Shown in pieces: positions 1-11,361 of a stretch of 64,000 nucleotides of DNA. The stretch lies in the NCBI GenBank assembly GCA_963821355.1, contig CAWGDO010000003.1, forward strand, positions 10,981 through 74,980. Direction: 5' to 3'. Position 1 is the stretch's first letter, and the number at the start of each line of letters is the position of its first letter. Source of the stretch: an uncultured Actinomycetes bacterium (GTDB taxonomy: Bacteria; Actinomycetota; Thermoleophilia; Solirubrobacterales; Solirubrobacteraceae). A model generated the notes under the pieces. It saw nothing but the letters and a program-made list of their open reading frames with translations, searched no databases and had not been told where the DNA came from. Both the position numbers and the translations under genes were made by a program.

Positions 1-302
1 AGTTGCTCGTCGGCCACCATAGGCGCCGCCTGCGCGGCCGCGGCGACGCCGGGGGCGCCCCGCTGTGGTGGCCACAGGGCAAGGTCGCCGGCGAGTACCT
101 CCCGCGCTGGCTGGTCGAGCACGGGATCACCCCTCCCGCCGGCGAGGAGCCACCCGAGGGCGGCATCACCGTCCGCCGATCGGTCAGGGCGCTCCGGGGC
201 GCTGAGGCGCAGCACCTGTTCGATCTCGCGCGCCGGCTTGACAGCTCCGATCCGGCGGTCGCGGCGCTCGGGCGCCGCGTGCGCGAGCTGCGCGATCGCT
301 GA
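1..302 (+). CDS. C-terminal fragment of an unidentified protein (5' end partial)
   Basis: Open frame running in from the window edge to a stop at 300-302. No competing ORF and no recognisable domain. Confidence 0.2.
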   Translation, partial: LLVGHHRRRLRGRGDAGGAPLWWPQGKVAGEYLPRWLVEHGITPPAGEEPPEGGITVRRSVRALRGAEAQHLFDLARRLDSSDPAVAALGRRVRELRDR

Positions 303-391
303 CGAGGGCTTGGGCTGCGGGGAACTACGGTGCAGATTGCGGATGAGGACCCGGATGTCAACCTCGCCGACTCGCCATAGGGTGGCGCGCC

Positions 392-2339
392 GTGACTGCT
401 GGCGGACGGACGAAGGTGATCTCGCCCGAGGCGGCGGCTCAATTGCTCCTCGACGGCGACACGCTGGCGGTCGGTGGGTTCGTCTGGCATCGCCGTTCCT
501 GAGCGGCTCCTCGTGGCGCTCGCGGAGCGCTTTGACGAAACTGGCGGACCGCGCGACTTGACGCTGGTGTTCGCCGCAGGACAGGGCGACGGCGACCGGC
601 GAGGGCTCAACCATCTCGCGCGCGAGGGGCTCGTCCGGCGAGCGATCGGGGCGCACTGGGGGCTGGCCCCCATGCTGGGCAGGCTCGCGCTCGACGGGCA
701 GATCGAGGCCTACTGCCTGCCGCAAGGCGTGATCACCCACCTGTTCCGCGAGACGGCCGCCGGCCGGCCCGGGCTGATCACGAAGGTCGGGCTGGGCACG
801 TTCGTCGACCCGCGCATGGAGGGCGGCCGGATGAACGCGATCTCGACCGACGAGGTGGTCCGGGTCATCGAGCTCGATGGCGAGGAACTGCTCTTCTATC
901 CGCGCCGCCCGATCGACGTGGCGTTTCTGCGCGGGACGACCGCCGACGAGCGCGGCAATGTGACCATGGAGCGTGAGGCCGCCACGCTCGACGCGCTCTC
1001 GATCGCGCAGGCCACGAAGAACTCGGGCGGGATCGTGCTCGTGCAGGTCGAGCAGGTCACGACCCGCCACGTGCTGGCCCCGCGTGAGGTCCGCATCCCC
1101 GGCGCCTTCGTCGATGGCGTCGTCGTCGCCGGCGGGAGCGCCGCGCACATGCAGACGTTCGCCGAGGCCTACAACCCCGCGTATTCCGGCGAGGTATGGG
1201 CCGGTTCGGACGCACCCGAGGCGATGACGCTTGACGCGCGGAAGGTCATCGCCCGCCGAGCCGCGATGCTGCTGAAGATCAACTCGATCGTGAACCTCGG
1301 GATCGGGATCCCCGAGGGCGTCGCCGCCGTGGCGGGCGAGGAGGGGATCCTCGACCGCATCACGCTCACGGTCGAGGCGGGCGCGATCGGCGGCGTGCCG
1401 GCCGGCGGGCTGAGCTTCGGCGCGGCCACCAACGCGCAGGCGATCATCGACCAGCCCTACCAGTTCGACTTCTACGACGGTGGGGGCTTGGATCAGGCCT
1501 TCCTCGGCATGGCGCAGGCCGACCGCCATGGCCATGTGAACGTCAGTCGCTTCGGTCGGCGGGTCGTCGGCGCCGGCGGCTTCATCAACATCAGCCAGTC
1601 CGCTCGCAGCGTCTTCTTCCTCGGATCCTTCACCGCCGGCGCCGACATCGCGGTCTATGACGGCCGGCTTCACATCCGCCGCGACGGCACCGTCGCAAAG
1701 CTGGTCGACGAGGTGGGCCAGGTCACCTTCAGCGGCGAGCGCGCCCGCGCAACGGGCCAGTCGGTGCTCTACATCACCGAGCGCTGCGTGCTGCGCCTCG
1801 GCGAAGACGGCCTCGAGCTCATCGAGGTCGCCCCCGGCGTGGATCTCGAATGCGATGTGCTCGACCGCATGGGCTTTCGCCCTCGAATCGCGCCCGAGCT
1901 GTGCGAGATGGACCCGGCCATCTTCACCGATGAGCCGCTCGGACTCGCCGCGCTTTCACCGCTCACGCTCGACGAGCGCTTCCACTACGACGCGAGCAAC
2001 AACCTCGTCTTCATCGACTTCGAGGGGGTCACGCTGGAGACGCTCGACGAGGCCGTGGAGCTCGCGAGGTTCCTCAGCGGGCGCCTGCAGAGCCTCGGCC
2101 GACGCGTAAACCTCGTCGTCAACTACGACAACTTCGAGCTCGGGCGCTCGGCGGCGCCACGCTTCTTCGAGATGGTCCGCGAGCACGAGCGGCGCTACTT
2201 CCTCTCCTCCACGCGCTACTCCACCAACGCCTTCCTACGCCGCAAGCTCGGCCGTGCGTTCGCCGAGGCCAAGCTCTCCCAGCGGATCTATCGAAGCTTC
2301 GAGGACGCCACGCACGCCCTCGCCGAGCACGCCTGCTGA
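392..2339 (+). CDS. Acyl-CoA:acetate/propionate CoA-transferase (YdiF/Pct family), interrupted by an apparent +1 frameshift near 482
   Basis: Residues from 474 align along their whole length to E. coli YdiF (QEGLV..HWG; PQGV; [12 protein letters not shown]). The N-terminal '[22 protein letters not shown]' lies in a neighbouring frame from GTG ~392. Deleting one base at ~482 restores [13 protein letters not shown]. Confidence 0.6.
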
Positions 2340-2362
2340 CCGCTCCAAGACGGTTATTGCTC

Positions 2363-3259
2363 CTACGCCTCGCCTTCGCCCGTGTCCGAGCCGCCGAGCT
2401 CGATGTCGGTGCGTGGGGGCACGAGCACGGGGCACGCGGTGTGGCGGATGACCCGCTCGGCTGTGCTGCCGAGCGCCAGCCGCTTGACCGGGCCCCAGCG
2501 GCGGGAGCCGAGGACGAGGAGGTCGAGGTCCTCGCTGGCGAGGACGAGTTCGCCGGCGGGGTCGCCGAGCACCACGTCGCCCTCGATGACGATGCCTGCA
2601 CATTGGGCGCGCCGCTCGGCGAGCAGCTCGCGCGCGGTGGCGATGCGAGTGTCGACGACCGTCTGGACCGACTCGCCGTACGCCGCAGTGAGCCCGTCGC
2701 CGGTCCACGCGGGCAGCCGATCGTCGGCCACCGCGATGAGGTGCAGGCGCGCGCCCGTCAAATGTGCCAGCTCGCAAGCAGCGTCGAGGGCGATCGCCGA
2801 CTCCGCGGTGGCGTCGACGCCGACGCCGATACGGTGCAGCTCGGGCCGCGGCGCGAGCGGATCTGGCGCGACGGCGACGGCGCAGCGCGCGCCGTGCAGC
2901 ACCTGCATCGCGTGATCGCTTTCGACGATGTGCCGGCGACGGCGACGGTGGCGCGAGCCGATCACGAGCAGGTCGGCATGTTCGTAGCGGGCCACGTGGC
3001 GTAGGGCGTGCGGGGGCGACATACCGGCGTGAACCTGAATGATCGCCTCGGGCGCGAGCTCGTCGCGCACGGCGCGCAGGTCGCGCTCGAGACCCTCGTG
3101 CTGGTCGGCGTAGGTGGTCGGGAACGGCAGCGGCGGGTTGTGGTGCACGCCGACGAGCAGCAGCCTCGCGCCCGTGGCCGCAGCGATCGTGTGCGCGAGC
3201 GACACCGCGCCGCGGCCGCGCTCGCGGCCGTTGCACCCGGCGACGATGGTGTGAAACAT
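2363..3259 (-). CDS. Universal stress protein, tandem UspA domains
   Basis: MFHTIVAGCNG start, two Usp domains, C-terminal GSRG..LGSTA...CPVLVV motif. AAGGAGGTGA Shine-Dalgarno sequence 8 nt upstream of ATG 3259. Confidence 0.8.
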   Translation of the reverse strand: MFHTIVAGCNGRERGRGAVSLAHTIAAATGARLLLVGVHHNPPLPFPTTYADQHEGLERDLRAVRDELAPEAIIQVHAGMSPPHALRHVARYEHADLLVIGSRHRRRRRHIVESDHAMQVLHGARCAVAVAPDPLAPRPELHRIGVGVDATAESAIALDAACELAHLTGARLHLIAVADDRLPAWTGDGLTAAYGESVQTVVDTRIATARELLAERRAQCAGIVIEGDVVLGDPAGELVLASEDLDLLVLGSRRWGPVKRLALGSTAERVIRHTACPVLVPPRTDIELGGSDTGEGEA

Positions 3260-3264
3260 CCGGG

Positions 3265-4194
3265 TCACCTCCTTGGGTCACCATAGAGCCGATGCCCCAC
3301 TGATCCATCCTTTTCAGCGTCGCCGAACTCGTCTTCCACCGCCGTGCGCGTGAGTACGAGCACCGGGCAGGGCGCCTGGTGGGTGAGCTTGCTCGACGTG
3401 CTGCCGAGCATCACGCGGCGCACGGGCCCATATCCGCGCGACCCGGTCACCAGCAGATCCAAGTCATTGGCGGCGTAGCACAGCTCGGGCACCGGGCTGC
3501 CGACGACGACCTCGCCGGTCGCGATGTCGCCGAGCTCCTCGAGCAGGTCGTCAAGGCGCTCCTGGGCCTCCTCGCGCGTCGCGGCGGCGCGCTCCTTCCA
3601 GTCGCGGTCGTAGCCGAGCCCCTCGCCGCCGGGCGTCGGCGGCTTCAGCACGAGGATCACGCGCAGCCGCGCGCCGATCGCGGCGGCGAACTCGGCGGCC
3701 AGGGTCGCCGCGGCGTGCGATTCCAGCGAGCCGTCATAGCCGACGCCGATCGTCCGGATGTCCCCGCCGTGCTCGGCGTAGCGGCGCGGCGCGACAATGA
3801 CCGGGCAGTGGGCTCCGTGCAGCGCGCCGGCGGTCACGTCGCCCGCCAGTACGCGCCCGATCGGGCCGCGGTGGTCCGAGCCGACCACGATGAGGTCGCT
3901 TTCGTGCCACTTGGCCGCCATGTGCAAAGCGCGACCCGGCGAGCCGTCCGGCAGCGCCATCGTGTGAGCGGTGATCCCGGCGCGTTCGAGCTCGTCCGCG
4001 ATGAGGCCCTGCGCGTTGCCGTGCAGGACGCTCTCGAAGTCCGGGGTCGAGCCGCGCGGGACGAAGAAGTCATAGGGATAGGCGTGAACTGCGACCAGCT
4101 CGCCGCCGAACAGCCGGCGGAGTCGCTCGCCGAGGGCGAGCGCGTCACGGCCGCCCTCGCGGCCGTCGATGCCGACGACGATCGTGTTGAACAC
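3265..4194 (-). CDS. Universal stress protein, tandem UspA domains
   Basis: MFNTIVVGIDGREGGRDALALG... and GSRGYGPVRRVMLGSTSSKLTHQAPCPVLVL. Paralogue of the adjacent USP. Confidence 0.8.
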   Translation of the reverse strand: MFNTIVVGIDGREGGRDALALGERLRRLFGGELVAVHAYPYDFFVPRGSTPDFESVLHGNAQGLIADELERAGITAHTMALPDGSPGRALHMAAKWHESDLIVVGSDHRGPIGRVLAGDVTAGALHGAHCPVIVAPRRYAEHGGDIRTIGVGYDGSLESHAAATLAAEFAAAIGARLRVILVLKPPTPGGEGLGYDRDWKERAAATREEAQERLDDLLEELGDIATGEVVVGSPVPELCYAANDLDLLVTGSRGYGPVRRVMLGSTSSKLTHQAPCPVLVLTRTAVEDEFGDAEKDGSVGHRLYGDPRR

Positions 4195-4281
4195 GGCCTG
4201 CTCCTCTCGTCCGGGTGCCCCTCATCGTCGCCCGCGGCTAAGCGCACGCCATCAGCACTGACGTGTGAATCGCGTGCGGGA

Positions 4282-4304
4282 AGTCCGCACCGTCCGGGCG
4301 GACT
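4282..4304. promoter_or_regulatory. Candidate operator: inverted repeat AGTCCGC-N9-GCGGACT in the USP / MMPL divergent intergenic region
   Basis: gggAAGTCCGCaccgtccggGCGGACTacgg read directly. The half-site resembles the DosR-box half-site AGTCCC, and the same half-site occurs at 41798-41830. Confidence 0.3.
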
Positions 4305-4500
4305 ACGGTCACCCGCCCGTCGCCGCCACGGATGGCGCGCGGTGGCAGCGGGCGTAGCGTCACCGTGAACCATCTGAATAGGAGGAGACCCTTGCCCGCT
4401 GTCCGCCGTCCGCTCGGGAACGGCATTCCGAAGCGCACACGGCGAGGGTCCATACCCCGTGTCGTGGCCGGCGCACGCGCCGCGCCGGAGGTCTAGAACC

Positions 4501-7500
4501 ATGCTTACGCTCGCCCGTCTCTCCTTGCGCCGTCCAGTCGTCGCGCTGCTGGCCTGGATCGGCGTCGCCCTCGCCCTGGGCCTCGTCGGCGTCGGGATCG
4601 AGAGTCGTCTCTCACCGTCGATCCTGGTCGTCCCGGGCAGCGGGTCCGCTCGCGCAGAGCACATCGCCAACGCGCAGTTCGGCCCGACCCAGCTGACCCC
4701 GATCCTGCTCAAGGGACCACGGGCCGCACTGGATCGCCAGGGGCCGTCGCTCGTGCGGGCACTGCGTCAGCGCCCGCACACGCGCGTCCTGTCGGCCTGG
4801 GACTCGGGCTCGGCGTCGGCCGAGCTTCGGCCCTCGTCGACCGCGCGCGTGATCGTCGTCTCGATCGACCGCTCCGAAACCCAGGTGATACGTCACGACC
4901 TGCCGCAGATCGAGCGGCTGGTAGATCAGCGCGTCAACGCGCCCGTCGTCTCGCACATCACCGGCCAGGCGTCGATCGACGCAGCGCTGAAGTCGGAGAT
5001 GATCGACCAGACGCGCCACGCCGAGCTGCTGGCGCTGCCGCTGCTCTTCCTCGTCCTGTTGCTGGGGCTGCGCGCGCCGGTCGCCGCCCTCGTCATCACC
5101 GGCTTCGGCGCGACCACCGTCTTCGCCGGCATGGGCGTGATGACCCTGCTTGCCCGCACGATGGACACCGATCCGACCGCCGTCGGCGTCGGCACCGTCG
5201 CCGGCCTCGCGCTCGGCGTCGGCTTCGCGCTCATGATGGTCGATCGCTTCCGCGAGGAGCGCCGACGCGGCATCGAACCGCGTCCGGCCGGGCTGGCCGC
5301 CGCGCGCGCCGTCTCCACGGCCGGACGCGCGGTCCTGTGGGCCGGCTCGGCGCTCGTCCTGTGTCTGATCCTCGCCGTGCTCATCGCGCCGACGGTGATC
5401 CTTGGATCGCTTGGCGTCGGCGTGCTCGTGTGCAGCATGCTGAGCATCGGCGCCGCGACCGTGGTCATGCCCGCCGTGCTGGTCATCCTCGGCAGCCGCC
5501 TGGAGTTCCTGAGCTTCGCGGCCCCGCGCCCGCTGGTCGCAGCGTGGCAGCGGCTCGTCGCCGGCGGGAGCTGGGTCACGAAGCACCCGGGACCGCTTGC
5601 CGCGATCGGCTGTGCGGCGCTGCTCGCGCTGGCCGTGCCGGCACTCGGGCTCGAAACCGGCCCACCGGGCATCAGCCAGCTCCCGAAGTCCTCGAAGGCG
5701 CGCGTGGACTTCGAGGCGGTCAGCGCGACGATGGGCCCCGGTTGGCCGACGCCGTACAACATCGTCGTCGCCAGCACCGACCGGCCGATCACGAGCCGCG
5801 CGCTGCTCCTCTCGCTCGACCGCTTCCAGACGCAGATCGCGCGTGACCCGCGCGTGGATTCGGTCATCGGCCCCGGCGCGCTCGTCGCCGAGACCAAGGA
5901 CCTGGGCAAGCTGCCAAAGAGCCTGAAGGACTCCAAAAAGCTCCTGACCAGCGGCAAGCGCGACCTGAACCGCCTCGCCGGCGGCCTCGGGCAGGCCGGC
6001 GCCGGCGCCCGCAAGCTGCGCAGCGGCCTCACACAGGCGGCCGGTGGCGCCGGGCAACTGCAGTCCGGCGGCACTGCCGCCCAGAGCGGCGCCGGCCAGC
6101 TCCATACCGGGCTGGCAAAGGCGAAGGCCGGCGCGGCTCAGATCAGCGCCGGGCTCACCGCGGCCCTGACCGGCGCGACGGCGCTGAAGGGCGGCGCCGG
6201 CCAGGCGCTGGCCGGATCGCGCCAGCTCGCCGGCGGGCTGGGAACGGGCGCCAAGACGGTCAAGGCCGGCCTTCCGGCCTTCAAGCAGCTCGCGGACAGC
6301 AGCGGCGCGGTCGCCGGCGGCGTCGGTGCGGCCAAGACGACCGCCTCCGGCGTGACCGGCCAGATCGACGACGCCCTCGCGAAGCTCTCCGGGATGACGA
6401 CCGGCAAGAGCGACCCGACCTACCAGGCCGCGGTCTCCGCCCTGACCCAGGCGCGGTCGAGCGCCGCCGGCCTTGGCAGCGCCCTCGACAGCCTCGGGCC
6501 CAAGGCAACCACCGCGGCGGGGCTGGCCAACGCGATCTCCACGCAGGGCACGCAGCTCAGCGCCGGTCTCAACAAGCTCAGCGCCGGATCCAACGCTCTG
6601 GCGTCCGGCATCGCCAAGCTGCAGCAGGGCAACAGCCAGCTCGCGACTGGCATCGGGAAGCTGAACGGTGGCGGCAAGCAGCTCAACGGCGGACTCGCCG
6701 CACTCACCGACGGCGCGGGCGCCCTCGAGGCGGGCCTCGGCCAGCTCAGCGCCGGCGCCGGGCAGCTCGCCACCGGCCTGAGCTCCGGCGCCCGCCCGAC
6801 CGGCAAGCTGGTCAGCGGCCTCGGCCTCATGGAGGCCAAGGTCCGCAAGTTCGGCGGGCAGCTTCCCTCGGCGAAGGACCTGCAGAAGCTCCAGCGCGAC
6901 GCGCCCGGGCTGTTCGACTCCGGCTACTTCGTGCTGGCTGCGGTCGAGGGCGCGCCCGCGGTACCGCGTGAGCAGGCGACGTTCACGATCAACCTGCTGC
7001 GCGGCGGCACCGCCGGCCAGATCGTCGTCGTGCCCAAGCAGGCGTCGACCGAGCCGGCCACGCGCGACCTCGGCAGCGACCTGAACGCCATGGTCGACGA
7101 CTACGCGGCCAAGACGCACACCCAGATGGCCGTCGGCGGCCCGGCGGGCAACCTCGCGGACTATCACCACGGTCAACTCGCAGCGGCTGCCGCTCGTCAT
7201 CCTCGGGCTGGCGCTCGCCACGTGGCTGCTGCTCATGCTCGCCCTGCGGGCGGTGCTCGCGCCCGCCGTCGCCGTCGTGCTGAATCTCCTCACGGTGGCG
7301 GCGACCTTCGGCGTCATGACGCTGCTGTTCGGGGGCGACGACCCGCTCCTCGGAGGGCCCGGCTACATCGACGCGATGTCGATCATCGCCATCTTCGCAG
7401 CGGTGTTCGGCCTGTCGATCGCCTACCAGGTCTTCCTGTTGACGCGGATGCGCGAGTACGTGCTCGCGGGCGACAGTCCGCGCGCGGCCGCGCGTCACGG

Positions 7501-7762
7501 GCTGCGGCACACCGCCGCGGCCGTCACCGGCACCGCGGCGACCATGGTCGCCGCAACGGTGCCCTTCCTGTTCACCGACCTGCTGAGCCTGCGCCAGTTC
7601 GGAATCGCCGTGGCGACCGCCGTGCTGCTCGACGCCCTGCTGGTGCGACCGGTCGTGTTGCCGGCCGCCGTCGAGCTGCTCGGGCGCCGGGCGTGGTGGC
7701 CCACGCGCGCCGCCCCGGCCGAGCCACCGCACGTGCCCGGCATGACCCACGCAAAGCCATGA
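4501..7762 (+). CDS. MMPL/RND-family membrane transporter with a long YhgE/Pip-like Gly/Ala/Gln-rich repeat insert; apparent +1 frameshift near 7165
   Basis: N-terminal MLTLARLSLRRPVVALLAWIGVALALG TM helix, MMPL hallmarks (LLALPLLFLVLLLG, MMVDRFRE), and ~450 aa of degenerate LxxGxGQL repeats. The C-terminal TM bundle (ITTVNSQRLPLVILGLALATWLLLMLALRAVLAP...) continues in the next frame after ~7165. Confidence 0.65.
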
Positions 7763-9564
7763 CCACAAGAGCCCCCATCCCACACGCCGACGTCGCAACG
7801 AAGACGCTGCCTGCCCTGCTGCGGGCAGCGATCGGCTCCCACTCGGGAGTGGCGCTGCGCTCCCCGTCGGCCACCGATGCCGGCGCGCTGACGTTCACCG
7901 ACGTCGCGCGCGCCGGCGACGAGATCGCCGCCGGCCTGGTGGCACTCGGCATCGAGCCCGGCGATCGCGTCGCGATCCTGTCCAGCACGCGCGCCGAATG
8001 GACGCTAGCCGACCTCGGCTCGCTCTGGGCGGGCGCCACGGTCGTGCCGATCTACAACACCAACTCGCCAGAAGAGTGCGAATACGTGCTGGCGCACTCC
8101 GCCTCACGTGCCGTCTTCTGCGAGGACGCCGCGCAGCTCGAGAAGGTCGACGCCGTGCGCGAGCGCTGCCCAGAGATCGAGCACCGCATTCTGCTCACCG
8201 GAGCAGCGGCCGACGGCGCGATGACCCTGGACGAGCTGCGCGAGCGCGGCCGCGGGCCGCAGACGGCGGCCGTCGTCGCCGCGCGAACCGCGGCCATCGG
8301 CCCCGACGCCATGGCCACGCTCGTCTACACGTCGGGCACGACCGGCCCGCCGAAGGGCTGCATCCTCACCCACGCCAACCTGCTTTCGACCGTGCAGATG
8401 TACCGCGAGCGCCTGGAGCTTGGGGCCGGCATGAGCGCCTACCTGTTCCTGCCGCTCGCGCACGCGCTCGCCCGCGTCACACAGCTGGTCGTGCTCATGG
8501 TCGGCGGCGAGATCATCTTCTGGCGCGGCGATCCCAAGCAGATCGTCGACGAGCTCTCCGAGGCGCATCCGACGCACTTCCCGTCGGTGCCCCGGGTCTT
8601 CGAGAAGATCCACACCACCATCCTCGGCGGCGTCGAGGAGCAGAGCCGGGTCAAGCGGCTCGTGTTCTCGTGGGCCGTCTCCGAAGGCGCGCGAGCCCGG
8701 CGCCGCGAGCGCGCCGGTGCACCGCCCGGCAGGCTGGCGCGTCGGCGCCATGCGCTGGCGGACCGGCTCGTGCTGTCCAAGGTGCGCGCCGCCTTCGGCG
8801 ACGGCCTGCACGTGGCGCTCACGGGCGCCGCGCCGATCGGCGCCGAGATCCTCGAGTTCTTCGACGCCTGCGGCGTGCTCATCCTCGAGGGCTACGGCCT
8901 CACCGAGAGCTGCGCCGCGTCGACGCTGAACACGATGCGCGAGCACCGTTTCGGCACCGTCGGGCGCCCGCTCCCCGGCACGGAGGTCCGCGTCGGGGCC
9001 GACGGCGAGTTGCTGTTGCGCGGCCCGCACGTCTTCGCCGGCTACTACCGCGACGACGAAGCCACGAGCGAGACGCTCGAGGATGGCTGGCTGCGCACGG
9101 GCGATCTCGGATCGGTCGACGACGACGGGTTCGTGCGCATCACCGGGCGCAAGAAGGAGCTGATCATCACCTCCAACGGCAAGAACATCTCGCCGACCAA
9201 CATCGAGGAGCTCCTGCGTGAGACCCGCTGGATCTCGCAGGCGATCGTCTTCGGCGACAACAAGCCGTATCTCGTCGCGCTGCTGACACTCGACCCCGAC
9301 GAGGCGGTCAAGCTGGCCGCGCGCGTCGGCGCTCCGGCCGGCGACCTCGCGGCACTGTCCCGCCATCCCGGCGTTCGTGGCGAGCTGCAGGCCGCGGTCG
9401 ACGCGGTGAACCAGCGGCTCGCCCGCATCGAGCAGATCAAGCGCTTCGCGATCCTCGACCACGATCTCAGCCAGGCCGCCGGCGAGCTCACGCCGACGCT
9501 CAAGATCAAGCGCCCGGTGGTGACCGAGCGCTACCACGACCTCGTCGAGCAGCTGTACGCCTGA
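7759..9564 (+). CDS. fadD: Long-chain fatty-acid--CoA ligase (AMP-binding, FadD-like)
   Basis: TSGTTGPPKG AMP-binding motif, GYGLTE, TGDLG...RKKELII, LKIKR. ATGA overlap with the MMPL stop. Confidence 0.85.
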   Translation: MTTRAPIPHADVATKTLPALLRAAIGSHSGVALRSPSATDAGALTFTDVARAGDEIAAGLVALGIEPGDRVAILSSTRAEWTLADLGSLWAGATVVPIYNTNSPEECEYVLAHSASRAVFCEDAAQLEKVDAVRERCPEIEHRILLTGAAADGAMTLDELRERGRGPQTAAVVAARTAAIGPDAMATLVYTSGTTGPPKGCILTHANLLSTVQMYRERLELGAGMSAYLFLPLAHALARVTQLVVLMVGGEIIFWRGDPKQIVDELSEAHPTHFPSVPRVFEKIHTTILGGVEEQSRVKRLVFSWAVSEGARARRRERAGAPPGRLARRRHALADRLVLSKVRAAFGDGLHVALTGAAPIGAEILEFFDACGVLILEGYGLTESCAASTLNTMREHRFGTVGRPLPGTEVRVGADGELLLRGPHVFAGYYRDDEATSETLEDGWLRTGDLGSVDDDGFVRITGRKKELIITSNGKNISPTNIEELLRETRWISQAIVFGDNKPYLVALLTLDPDEAVKLAARVGAPAGDLAALSRHPGVRGELQAAVDAVNQRLARIEQIKRFAILDHDLSQAAGELTPTLKIKRPVVTERYHDLVEQLYA

Positions 9565-9622
9565 TGGCCGCCACCACCAACCCCCGCATGGCGCTCGTCG
9601 GGGAGCTGCCGGGGGCGGTGCT

Positions 9623-10546
9623 TTGACCGATGGCGCCCGCCTGGCGGTCTTCGGGCCGCATCCGCTGCTGACGATCACGATCGAGCGGCGCGGTGACGCC
9701 GACGACGTCCACCTGCACGCGGGCGGCCAGGGCGTGTGGTCGAGCGGCATCGCCGGGCGCCTCGGCGCATGGCCGGTGCTCTGTGGCTTCGCCGGCGGCG
9801 AGACCGGCGTCGTCCTCAGGGCGCTGCTCGCACGCCAGCCCGGCGAGCGCCGGCTGGTCTTCACCAAGACGGCGACCGGCTGCTACGTCGTCGACCGTCG
9901 CAGCGGCGAGCGCGCGCTGCAGGCTGCCCGCCTGAGCGACGCGCCGTCGCGACACGAGCTCGACGACCTCGTCTCGATCACCTGCGCGGCGGCGCTGGAG
10001 AGCGAGCTCCTCCTCGTCTGCAATCCCTTCCCGGCCGACGCGCTGCCAACGGAGGCCTATGCGACGCTGGTCGCCGACGTCCGCGGCAACGGGACGCGGG
10101 TAGTCGTCGACCTCTCCAGCCCGCGCCTGGACGCCGCGCTGGAAGGCCACCCAGACGTCGTCAAGCTCAACGACTGGGAGCTGGCCGAGTACGTCCGCGA
10201 CGGGGTCGACGGCCCCCGCCTGCGCGCAGCCGCCGAACGGGTGCTGGCGGCCGGAGCGCGATCGGTGATCGTGACGCGGGGGCCAGAGCCGGCGCTCGTC
10301 CTCACCGCCGACCGGGCGTGGGAGATCGTCCCCCCGCGGTTCGAGCGCGGCTCGCGGGAGGGCTGCGGCGACGCGATGATGGGCGGGCTGGCCGCGGGCA
10401 TGGCCACCGGGCGAACCTGGGAGGAAGCGCTCGTGCTCGGCGCCGCCGCCGGCGCAGCGAACTTCCTGCGCCACGGCCTCGGCACCGCGACCGCCGAGAT
10501 CATCGGCGACCTGGCCGAGCGCGTGGAGCTGCGCCCACTGGATTGA
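9623..10546 (+). CDS. pfkB: PfkB-family carbohydrate kinase (1-phosphofructokinase/ribokinase fold)
   Basis: Ribokinase-like fold with C-terminal GCGDAMMGGLAAG. TTG start assumed. Mtb DosR-regulon homologue Rv2029c. Confidence 0.75.
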   Translation: MTDGARLAVFGPHPLLTITIERRGDADDVHLHAGGQGVWSSGIAGRLGAWPVLCGFAGGETGVVLRALLARQPGERRLVFTKTATGCYVVDRRSGERALQAARLSDAPSRHELDDLVSITCAAALESELLLVCNPFPADALPTEAYATLVADVRGNGTRVVVDLSSPRLDAALEGHPDVVKLNDWELAEYVRDGVDGPRLRAAAERVLAAGARSVIVTRGPEPALVLTADRAWEIVPPRFERGSREGCGDAMMGGLAAGMATGRTWEEALVLGAAAGAANFLRHGLGTATAEIIGDLAERVELRPLD

Positions 10547-10547
10547 G

Positions 10548-11282
10548 TCAGGGCAATGGCGCGAAGGGCGCCGCCACGTCTTCGCCGGCGACGATCGCCC
10601 GGGGCGCCTCGCGGGCGATCCACTCCAGCTGGCTGCGCGTCGGCTCGACCTCGGCCAGGCGCGCGAGCGCGCCCGACAGCCGCATCGGGCGGCCACCGTG
10701 CGAGGAATGCGCGTCGCTTGCGACGACGTGCAGGGCCCCGCGGCGCGCGAGCGCGAGCATCCCCTCGGCCGCCGGTCCGTCCTCGATGAACGCGGCAGTC
10801 GCCTGCACGAGCGCGCCGCGGCGCACGAGCGCCGCCAGGCGCTCGACGAGATCGGGGCCGAGGTGGCGCTCGGGATGGGCAATGACGCACCGCAGCCCGC
10901 GCGCCGCGAGGTGATCGACGGTCGCGGTCAGCGAGTCGGCGAGCGGGCCCGGCCGCGGCTCGAGCAGGATCCAGCGCCCGCCACCGCCCAGCGTGACCGC
11001 CCGCAGCTGTGCGTCGTCTAGGCGTTCGGCGATCGTCTCGGCGACCTCGCCACCGGAAAGGACGCGAGCCTGCGCGCCCGCCGCTTCCAGCGCGCGATTG
11101 AGCTCGGCCACGCGGTCGGCGAGCTCGGCGATGGCGACGCCATGGTCGTGGCGGATGTGCGGCGTGGCGCACACGAGCGCGACCCCGTCGGCGTCAGCCT
11201 GGCGCGCCATGGCGATGCTGTCGGCGACGTCGAGCGCGCCGTCGTCGACTCCGGGGAGGATGTGGCAGTGAAGGTCGATCAC
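10548..11282 (-). CDS. PHP-domain protein-tyrosine phosphatase (CpsB/YwqE-like)
   Basis: MIDLHCHILPGVDDG...CATPH...IAHPER...VASDAHS metal-ligand pattern of CpsB-type PHP phosphatases. GTG start. Confidence 0.7.
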   Translation of the reverse strand: MIDLHCHILPGVDDGALDVADSIAMARQADADGVALVCATPHIRHDHGVAIAELADRVAELNRALEAAGAQARVLSGGEVAETIAERLDDAQLRAVTLGGGGRWILLEPRPGPLADSLTATVDHLAARGLRCVIAHPERHLGPDLVERLAALVRRGALVQATAAFIEDGPAAEGMLALARRGALHVVASDAHSSHGGRPMRLSGALARLAEVEPTRSQLEWIAREAPRAIVAGEDVAAPFAPLP

Positions 11283-11361
11283 GTGACGAGCGAAGGAGAC
11301 GACGTGGAGCTGTCAGCAGGCCCAGGCCACTTCATCAAGAAGCTCTGACGGTCGCGTTTCC

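Noticed and set aside
4612-7317. 901-aa ORF on the minus strand
   Set aside because: It is antisense to the well-supported MMPL gene. The sequence is Arg/Ala/Gly/Asp-rich and low-complexity with no domain-like pattern, a typical GC-rich shadow ORF.
4459-9564. Single 1701-aa ORF
   Set aside because: It is not one protein. It is MMPL (with a frame shift), then an out-of-frame tail, then FadD starting at ATG 7759, which overlaps the true MMPL stop.
8104-9867. 587-aa minus-strand ORF and 407-aa plus-strand alternate-frame ORF (7998-9221)
   Set aside because: Both overlap the FadD gene in the wrong frame or on the wrong strand. They have no motifs and are R/A/G-rich.
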